Origin: a virus
Direction: 5' to 3' (one strand)
IMG/VR virus record: IMGVR_UViG_3300023184_004167
Coordinates: 32,001 to 96,000 of that record
DNA: 64,000 nucleotides
Shown here: positions 57,401 to 64,000 of the stretch, one piece after another
Layout: each line of letters opens with the position of its first letter
How positions within the stretch are numbered: position 1 is the stretch's first letter
Program-made: the position numbers and the translations under genes
Notes under the pieces: model-generated
Database searches by the model: none
The model's input: the letters and a program-made list of their open reading frames with translations, nothing else
What the model was told of the DNA's origin: nothing

Positions 57401-60400
57401 TTGATTTGATAATTTATATGGTGATAAATTTTCTCCTGTTCCAATTATTTCATTTAAATAAGATTCTGTGTCAGGTTTTACTATTTGTGTGTCATCAAAA
57501 TAACCATAGTTAGGTGCCGCCCAAAGTGTTCTCATTGAACCATTATAAACTGATGTATTTCCCGTTATTGAATAACCAGGAAGAACTGATTGAGCGGTTG
57601 TTAATGGTGGCACTGATGTAAATGTTACCAATGAATCAACAACTTGATTTTGTGAGCCCCCAAAAGAAGGGACAGTATAATACCCTGTATTACTTGGATT
57701 TGGTATTAAAACCGACCAAGTAACATATCTTAATGGAACATTATTTTGACTTATGTTTAAATTTGATTGTGTAAAGTTATATAACTTTACCCCCCCATTA
57801 ATTGTGTTTTGTATCTCTGCATCACTATATGTAGAATACAAATCAATCCCATTAAAAAAGTAATTAAAATCATTTATTAGTTTTGGATAAAACCCTGATT
57901 GTACATTAATCCCCGCAGAACTACTTGATTCAAGTTGAATTGTATTTCCCGTTTGTCCATTAAAATCTAAAGTATATATTTTACTTGGGTTGTTTGTTAT
58001 TGGGTCAAAACTTTTTTTATAATCAACACTTTTCCAAATTTTTGTTAAAAAGTCAGGGTTACCAGATTTTGATTGTTTGTATCTATACCAAATAGAACCT
58101 ATCTTTAAAATCCAAGCGTATGGTAATTTATGTATTGCACCAAATTTCTTCAAAGATGCAAACATATAATCAAGTTGATTTAACCCTGTTGATTCTGTTT
58201 TATATCTTTCCCTTAATGACATTAAAGGTAATGAGTTTATAAAAAGATATGCCGCTTCAACAAATGGTAATTCATTTTTATTTTTCATTTTAGCAACACC
58301 CTCAGAAATTGCATTTACAAAAAATGGTGTATTAAGAATAGAAGTTGTTGTTCTTATTGGTAATTTGCCCGACAACGCATTAAAAATTGTTGTTGTTTTA
58401 TTATTTGGGACATCAAAATAACAATATCCTTCCGTAGGTAAAAAAGACTTAGGAAATCTATTATAATAAAAATTAATTAGAAACCCAGATTGATTAGTTG
58501 ACGAATATGCCTGACTTAATGATAACGGGTTTTGTATATTATTATAAGAGAAATTAGTTACAGGTCTGGTTTGAGTATAGTTATTTAACTCAGTAAAATT
58601 AGAAATAATATCCCTTTGTTTATATATCTTTAACACTTTTGTTGTGTTATATGGATTACCAACACTAACATTATTATCAATAAGATTTGCTGTCGCCCAC
58701 GTAGAATTTGTAAACGGATATAAATCAGTTATGTTTGGTTCGTTTGTTTGTGTTGATTTAACAATGCTTTCCAACTTTGTGCTGTCAACATTTGTTGCCG
58801 GTTCTTTACCAATATCATCAACATTTAATATTGCAAAAGATTTTTTTGTATAACTTTCAATATATGATGTAACAAAAATGTCTTTAATGAAATCTATATA
58901 TGATTGTCCTGAACCATTATTTGATATTTCCTTTAAAAAAGTAACATAGTTAGCTGCAGTATATTTTAAATTCTTTAATTTAGTATTTAAATACGGATTA
59001 CTAACACCCAAAGATGTTAAAAGGTTTTTAGATTCTACCCTAATAATTAATTTAATTAACTCATTATACTCAGCATCACCATTTTTAAATCTACTTAAAT
59101 TATCATATCTAGAAGTCATAAATTGTCTTTCCCATATCTCATAAAAAAACTTAACTTCTTCTTTATTACTATAAGCAATATCCGATTGTGGAAATTCTAT
59201 TGCATTTATATTAATGAAATCTGTGAATTGTTGTATATTTGTATCATCTGATGAATTTGGTTCGGTATATTTTTGAGTTAACCCTTTAATGTATTCCTCA
59301 ATAAATTCTACCTCTGGCCATTTATCATACAAATAACCTTTTGTTAAATTAACAACTGTCGGGTCTCCAATATATTTTAATTGGTATTTTCCTTTTTTAT
59401 CATCCCCAAGTTGTTCAAAAAAGAATTGAGGCCAAGGATAAACAGGTGTTTGTAAAACACTAGTATTTGATGCGTTTTCTATTACATTTGGGACAACCAT
59501 CTTGGTGTCAGAACCTTGAACTGAAGACGGGTTATTTAATATTGCATTCTTTCTAACTATATCATATTTTACATCCCACGCCTTTGTATGTGTATCATCC
59601 AATAATCTAATAAACCCTTCTGCAGAAGCCATAATAACACCAACAATATTTCTAACGGTAGGAACAAATCCTATTCCTGTTTTTGAATCCCTTATTTTAT
59701 CGGCCAGTTGAGCAGAAAGTTTTGCCTCAGTTTCAGACAATACTTTACCTGCCTGAGCAACCATTGTTTGAACAATTTCATTAAATCTATTTGTTCCATC
59801 AAAAATATAAAAATATGGTTTTAAAAAAACCAAAACATTTGACGGATTGTCTTTATTAACAAATGGTGTTGGTCCACCAATTGTACCAAGAGCAGTTTTA
59901 AAACTACCTAAAGTTGCTGGTGTAAAAAGTTTAGTATATGATAATATTAATTCGTTAATCTGATTTAATGTTGGTTGAATTATTTGAGTTTGTTCTGCGG
60001 TTGTCCTTTCCCAATCAATATCCGCACTTGTTGTAATACCAGTCATATTAGTAACCGATATACCATTTGTTATTTTTGATGGTCCGTCTTTTCCTAATGT
60101 TGGGTTGCTGTCTAAAACCTCATTATAATCTTTTATAATACCTTCCAACGCAGTTTCTGCTGTAGGTTTTTCTGTGTCCAAAAACTCATTTTTATATGCG
60201 TAATACCTTTTTCCTGTATTTTTTTCAATAAATGGTTTTGGATTTAAATATTTCACAAACCAAGAATCAGAATCACCAATTACCTTTCCATACAACGCTT
60301 TTAATTTTTCTATATATGTTCTAATATTTGTTAATGGCTCAACATCACTTTTTGGAAAACTATCTATAATATTTTTTTCAAAGTTATCCAACTTTTTCAT

Positions 60401-61402
60401 TAGTTGTTGTAATGTAAGTTCTGGAAAATCTTTATCTATTAATCCCTTACTTTTATACTCACTATAAACTTCACGAATCTTTTGATACCCTCTTTCTGAA
60501 TACATTTGTTGCACAACCGCAGTTTTACTATTTGATGCGTTTGGTATATTTGCAGATTGTTGAGATGCCGCTGCCTGTTGACTGTCTGACGGCGCTTGAG
60601 AAGTATTTGAATTTGATATGTCAAATCTTGATGAAAACATATGGGGTGCCGCCAATAAATGACCCATAGAAATTTCATTCAAGATGTTAAACTTATAACC
60701 TTTTAGATTTAAAGTAATCTGATAATTACCACTCATTGAATTAAAACTCGCACTGAACTTTTCTAAATTGAGTTGATATCTTACCGCCTGTCCATAATAT
60801 CCTTTAATTGTTAAATAAAATGGGGGATATGGTAAATGAAAGAAAGCCGCATATGGAGAATTTTCTCCTAATTGAAATAATGCCCTCCCTTGAACATCTT
60901 CAAGTAATATTGTTACTGTTGGAATAAATGACCCAGATGTTTTAATATTAATACTTGTTATCCCTAATAAACCATTATCAATAGTTCCTTCTTTTCCGTC
61001 TGTAAGTGCTGTTAATTTTGTATACCCCTTATCCCCATTTGATGCTGGTATGTATTCAGATTGTGTTTGATTTGTACCCTTACCTTTTATTGAATTCTCA
61101 CCAGTTAATTCGTCATAATAATTTGTTGTGAGATAACCATCTTTTGTTGGATTAAGAAAATTAATTTTACCTATGGATACAGTTCTAATACTATCTGGAG
61201 AACTTCCAACCGCTAACTTTGTTCTAGGTAATAATTCCGCCTCAAGATTAGCAAACATAATTAAATTTTCATGGTCTACCAATCTCTCGGATATATTACC
61301 TTGACTATCTATAGTTTTGTTTGGGTCAACAATTATTATATTGTTATAATCAAACTCAGTATATACTTTTCCGCTTTTGTCTCCTTGGATGTTACCTACC
61401 AT
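54422..61402 (-). CDS. giant baseplate hub-like protein (gp27/VgrG/late-control-D-like termini)
   Basis: N-terminal LGITSINI...PTVTILLEDVQGR and C-terminal SLGNAMIQPTMYFNL...GPYLITDVSHVISPGQFQTTF, a hub-type pattern. Confidence 0.65.
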   Translation of the reverse strand: MVGNIQGDKSGKVYTEFDYNNIIIVDPNKTIDSQGNISERLVDHENLIMFANLEAELLPRTKLAVGSSPDSIRTVSIGKINFLNPTKDGYLTTNYYDELTGENSIKGKGTNQTQSEYIPASNGDKGYTKLTALTDGKEGTIDNGLLGITSINIKTSGSFIPTVTILLEDVQGRALFQLGENSPYAAFFHLPYPPFYLTIKGYYGQAVRYQLNLEKFSASFNSMSGNYQITLNLKGYKFNILNEISMGHLLAAPHMFSSRFDISNSNTSQAPSDSQQAAASQQSANIPNASNSKTAVVQQMYSERGYQKIREVYSEYKSKGLIDKDFPELTLQQLMKKLDNFEKNIIDSFPKSDVEPLTNIRTYIEKLKALYGKVIGDSDSWFVKYLNPKPFIEKNTGKRYYAYKNEFLDTEKPTAETALEGIIKDYNEVLDSNPTLGKDGPSKITNGISVTNMTGITTSADIDWERTTAEQTQIIQPTLNQINELILSYTKLFTPATLGSFKTALGTIGGPTPFVNKDNPSNVLVFLKPYFYIFDGTNRFNEIVQTMVAQAGKVLSETEAKLSAQLADKIRDSKTGIGFVPTVRNIVGVIMASAEGFIRLLDDTHTKAWDVKYDIVRKNAILNNPSSVQGSDTKMVVPNVIENASNTSVLQTPVYPWPQFFFEQLGDDKKGKYQLKYIGDPTVVNLTKGYLYDKWPEVEFIEEYIKGLTQKYTEPNSSDDTNIQQFTDFININAIEFPQSDIAYSNKEEVKFFYEIWERQFMTSRYDNLSRFKNGDAEYNELIKLIIRVESKNLLTSLGVSNPYLNTKLKNLKYTAANYVTFLKEISNNGSGQSYIDFIKDIFVTSYIESYTKKSFAILNVDDIGKEPATNVDSTKLESIVKSTQTNEPNITDLYPFTNSTWATANLIDNNVSVGNPYNTTKVLKIYKQRDIISNFTELNNYTQTRPVTNFSYNNIQNPLSLSQAYSSTNQSGFLINFYYNRFPKSFLPTEGYCYFDVPNNKTTTIFNALSGKLPIRTTTSILNTPFFVNAISEGVAKMKNKNELPFVEAAYLFINSLPLMSLRERYKTESTGLNQLDYMFASLKKFGAIHKLPYAWILKIGSIWYRYKQSKSGNPDFLTKIWKSVDYKKSFDPITNNPSKIYTLDFNGQTGNTIQLESSSSAGINVQSGFYPKLINDFNYFFNGIDLYSTYSDAEIQNTINGGVKLYNFTQSNLNISQNNVPLRYVTWSVLIPNPSNTGYYTVPSFGGSQNQVVDSLVTFTSVPPLTTAQSVLPGYSITGNTSVYNGSMRTLWAAPNYGYFDDTQIVKPDTESYLNEIIGTGENLSPYKLSNQNKYTKIEELFSVFEKEILDTFEIEFLNFSKSEDNVTATPATKLNYGQSTGDNTIVFKNFQMLFKNLMVINAPQQGVTNETYFLSSINNQLDNFSSVLLKFLQYDVIFKYGNPSNYNRFIFDSFLSHSTFKSTANIGLALQQTAQLVNSGGLATPKIFEPYSQGSLPSVNGTTTLTQSMANYPNEWKQLELSVGFSTIPELQYKNTGSYITDFFIDNNIKFTQDNIISLSPLIKMYATQKLETPTLTSTQFNTALNTYLGVCNKLQNDTLEGILTAVKNQLPNYQEVPEKVIDSKVDGQQSKVDLYEAFKALNDKWIAGGDYKSKTFFEDILFLDRASRNIGDTLLLDIFTLKDLLNEKNLNLTTSVYTFIGGLLIHNNFTIMNLPAYVNFYNYQVKDGVESPIPGGGSSDFANNMWGTFTTVDYTNAGPKMVCFFVGRPASYVDLPESKNFLFRSDGIQLEKNSGNPLSEDPKGKKDYAKSNKCVGFTVDIGIRNQNVFSSFNVSQENGQGTAESTSTLMNMINQASGRETATQNVSLYNYYAQRSYGCQVISLGNAMIQPTMYFNLRHVPMFNGPYLITDVSHVISPGQFQTTFNGTRQGVFDLPAIDTFLQSINKNLLTKLEKAVLNGGEEKTNVVNNNLSNSTNATINANNTKAAENSCTTKVNQIYIDAKFESSGATESVINQKDLANKIKKATTDSNLQAIIYALCYIRTFKDNVFRGFNNNLAMITLVDNKYKTTYPTFFSKYYSCVNSEIQNGTQSLPIASFKDIDTFIGFMVSRLTPLVTKISSNIGIGQFYMCEWEDDNQIIPVSNYLATDKIPIFVLSRLDDGLKNAEKNGIIISNFNALLYGSNNAKMTPTPTPSPLPIVLPPTTNIFTIERITSNGNDNRIVVTISTNVGLWKIVSIRFNLASNSPCGGDGGALTSKISDQKWFMTPYQDALDSCSLRAQVSPGTYSFIYTVYADPILQNGQPDTTRQQKTTIITSNVII

Positions 61403-61715
61403 AGTAATAAAAATGATTATTTAATGCTCCTTTATAGTCTTGTAAAGAAGGTAGTAAAGGGAATGGGATAATCAACATAGCCCCGTCAGGAATATAATTC
61501 TCAAGTCCTCCGTATTGTGGGTTTGCTTGTAATATTAACCAACCAAAGAATGGCGTTCCGTAAGATTCTTGTGAAATTTTATCTAACCTACTTTTTCCTA
61601 CCTTATAAATGTATACTTTATCTGTTGTTTTTTGAGGTACTTGCACAAAAGGAACAACGGTTTGTTGCCCATTTATTAAAAAAGTACTATATCTATTATA
61701 ATATTGTAGTGCCAT
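61392..61715 (-). CDS. LysM / tail-X-like baseplate protein
   Basis: RLDKISQESYG...WLILQANP...IPDGAMLIIP. Confidence 0.8.
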   Translation of the reverse strand: MALQYYNRYSTFLINGQQTVVPFVQVPQKTTDKVYIYKVGKSRLDKISQESYGTPFFGWLILQANPQYGGLENYIPDGAMLIIPFPLLPSLQDYKGALNNHFYYYGR

Positions 61716-64000
61716 TAGTTTAATTTTACTTTACATACAAGAATACCACTACTTGTTTGGTTTGACCAATCAGAAAAACTAGGGTATTGGTTAGTTGAAT
61801 TTCCTAACGCCTTTATTAATTCTTCTCTTCTTTTTTTAAATGGTGATTCACTTTGTCTATCAACATTTGTGTTATAAGTAAATTCATATTTTTTTATTTT
61901 TGCACCAGTAAATGGTGTAAAAATTAAATAATTTTTTAATTGGTTTTTTTCCATTTCAGTAAAAAAACTTTGTGTTATTGCATTTTCATTAACAAATAAT
62001 GTTTTTGCCGATGGGCTTTGTGTTGCATCTATTTTCCAATACGCATCAAATTGTGTTCCAATATCACTATCCCCACCCGCAAATAAAGACGGATTACTTA
62101 ATAAGTTTCCAATAATTTGTTGTTTAAATGTTGTATACTTTACATCATCAATAACATCTTGATTTAAGATAAAATAGCTTCTTTGAAAAGAAACATCTTT
62201 AAATTTTATTTCTCTTGAAAAAGGTACAAATACTTTATCTTCAGGAATTTTTTCAAATCCATAAACTAATACTCCATTATAATCTGTTGCTAAATGTTTA
62301 AATGTAATTTTTGTTTGGATTACTGTATTAAATTGTGTTATTGCACTAGCAATTTTAATTGAGTCTCCAGTAAGTTCCCGCAATGTGTCAGGATAAGTTG
62401 TGTCATTAACTTTAGTTGTTGGTAACGTAACATAAAGTTTAACAAAAGAATTTTTTTGTTGTAATCCATCAGTTCCTGAAACATTTTGTTGTCCAAAAGT
62501 TATTGCATTGTTTTTTGCAATATTTGTTATAAGATTTTGTTCTTGTATTACTAAGTCTTGTGTTAATTTAGTTAATGCACTCTGATAATTTGATTTCTTA
62601 GCTTTTATATAAGTTTTATAATTATCTTTAATTGTTTTTATTGCTTTTGATGTAAAATTTTTAGGATGTAGAGTAGTTCCTTTTATAAACTGAATAAATC
62701 CTTCTGTATCACTATCAATATCATTTATAAAATCATTAAAAATTTTATCCACACTTTGTTCAACATTTTTGGGTTTTCCGAAAAGTTTTGTTTTATCAGA
62801 TTTAGTATATAGAAACGCTCCATCAGTATAATTTCTTTCTTTATTCCATACTTGTCTAACAGCATTATTATACTGACTAACAACTTCTTTATTCTTATTA
62901 AAAATAGTTGTAAAATAGTTTTGTGTAGATAATAAGAAACCATTCATATACCCTTGATAATTTATAAATCCTGTTTCCCCTGATTGGGTTGTTGTTGCGG
63001 ATGTAATAACACCAATTGTTTGCCCATTTGATTGCCCATTATTATTTTGAACTTGGTTAACTGTTGGTGGTGGTACTTGTATATTAAAATAATCTAAAAA
63101 TTCTTTATCTAAAACTTTGTAACTAGTATCTGTAACATCCGCCCTATCGTCATACATCTCAGTATTAGCATAATAGTTAAATGTTAACGCATTCTGTAAT
63201 TTATCAACCGCTCCTGATAATCCCTGTCCTCCAACAAATTTAAACGACATTGTTATATTCGCAATCATAGGTTGAATACCAATTCCTTCAGGATTAATAT
63301 CTAAATTTTCATATGTTAGACCCAAACTATCAGGTATTATTTTGGTATGGAAAAAATCTCCGACACGTAAAATTAAGACAGGAGGTGTTCCAAACGCAGT
63401 ATTTGTTGCGTTATTATATTGTAAAGCACCATTTTTTTGAGTCACCGGTATTGTGTCACCAGGTCTTAAACATTGTTGTAAAAAAGTTAATCTTGAGTTT
63501 AGTCCTTCGGGTGTTGTTGAGTGAAAAGCGGGGTTAAAGAACTTTAATTTTTCTCTTAAATTGTCATACACCATCGGTGTCTCTTCTTTAATAGTTTCAA
63601 AATAATCACACTCAGATAGAAGTGAACGTAAAACTCTTTTTGTTATATTATCTCTTATTACTGTCTTTGTTACTTCTTCAGGTACTTGTGTAGTTTCTGT
63701 ATAATTTTCAGGTACATCAACATCTTGAGTTACTTTAGTACTTGCTTTTCCTTCAACGGTTGTTTTAGTATCTGGCGCAGATAGGGTACTAGTATCAATC
63801 TTTAATAAATAAGCCCTTCTACAAGCCATTGCCTTTGTTGTGTAAATATCGTGAGAACCAACAGCTCCTGTTTCTCCATTCTCATCACTACAAGAGTAAG
63901 AATTACTTGATTGCCATTGTCCTCCTGTATATTGTTGTACTTGTGCTCGGTCTATCTCCCCTTTGGGGACCTGGTTAAATAGTAATTTGTTATTTTTTAC
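61715..64000 (-). CDS. large structural protein, N-terminus beyond the window
   Basis: The frame stays open from 63829 to 64000. FHSTTPE...PPVLILRVGDF...PMIANITMSF resembles tail-tube-initiator/baseplate proteins. Confidence 0.65.
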   Translation of the reverse strand, partial: VKNNKLLFNQVPKGEIDRAQVQQYTGGQWQSSNSYSCSDENGETGAVGSHDIYTTKAMACRRAYLLKIDTSTLSAPDTKTTVEGKASTKVTQDVDVPENYTETTQVPEEVTKTVIRDNITKRVLRSLLSECDYFETIKEETPMVYDNLREKLKFFNPAFHSTTPEGLNSRLTFLQQCLRPGDTIPVTQKNGALQYNNATNTAFGTPPVLILRVGDFFHTKIIPDSLGLTYENLDINPEGIGIQPMIANITMSFKFVGGQGLSGAVDKLQNALTFNYYANTEMYDDRADVTDTSYKVLDKEFLDYFNIQVPPPTVNQVQNNNGQSNGQTIGVITSATTTQSGETGFINYQGYMNGFLLSTQNYFTTIFNKNKEVVSQYNNAVRQVWNKERNYTDGAFLYTKSDKTKLFGKPKNVEQSVDKIFNDFINDIDSDTEGFIQFIKGTTLHPKNFTSKAIKTIKDNYKTYIKAKKSNYQSALTKLTQDLVIQEQNLITNIAKNNAITFGQQNVSGTDGLQQKNSFVKLYVTLPTTKVNDTTYPDTLRELTGDSIKIASAITQFNTVIQTKITFKHLATDYNGVLVYGFEKIPEDKVFVPFSREIKFKDVSFQRSYFILNQDVIDDVKYTTFKQQIIGNLLSNPSLFAGGDSDIGTQFDAYWKIDATQSPSAKTLFVNENAITQSFFTEMEKNQLKNYLIFTPFTGAKIKKYEFTYNTNVDRQSESPFKKRREELIKALGNSTNQYPSFSDWSNQTSSGILVCKVKLN

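Noticed and set aside
1999-63537. Many other short plus-strand or out-of-frame ORFs in the track
   Set aside because: They overlap well-supported minus-strand genes and have no motifs or promoters of their own.
1-64000. Stop-codon reassignment, as in some large phages
   Set aside because: Long genes are intact under the standard bacterial code, and TAA, TAG and TGA all terminate genes at sensible positions.

Overview
AT-rich (roughly 30% GC), densely coded segment of a large lytic myovirus-type (jumbo-like) phage, with almost all genes on the minus strand. The host is probably Bacteroidota, judged from TTTG/TAnnTTTG promoters, the lack of Shine-Dalgarno sites, and SprB, GNVGIGT and beta-barrel domains. 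Left to right: (1) a candidate type II restriction-modification pair (GIY-YIG nuclease plus beta-class methyltransferase); (2) Rad50/Mre11 (gp46/gp47-like) and a PD-(D/E)XK nuclease; (3) small early accessory genes with a 300-bp GC-richer structured non-coding element; (4) primase and RuvC; (5) about 31 kb of late structural genes, including a 14-kb array of modular Cys-rich, Pro-Thr linker, SprB, LRR and BspA fibre- or adhesin-like proteins, then baseplate genes; (6) class II RNR, helicase, 5'-3' exonuclease, an inserted outer-membrane beta-barrel gene, RecA/UvsX and gp32-like SSB; (7) a giant baseplate-hub-like gene and a partial gene at the right edge. Three distinct promoter classes are visible. 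No tRNA, CRISPR array, integrase or reverse transcriptase was seen. All product calls come from motif recognition by eye, not database searches.
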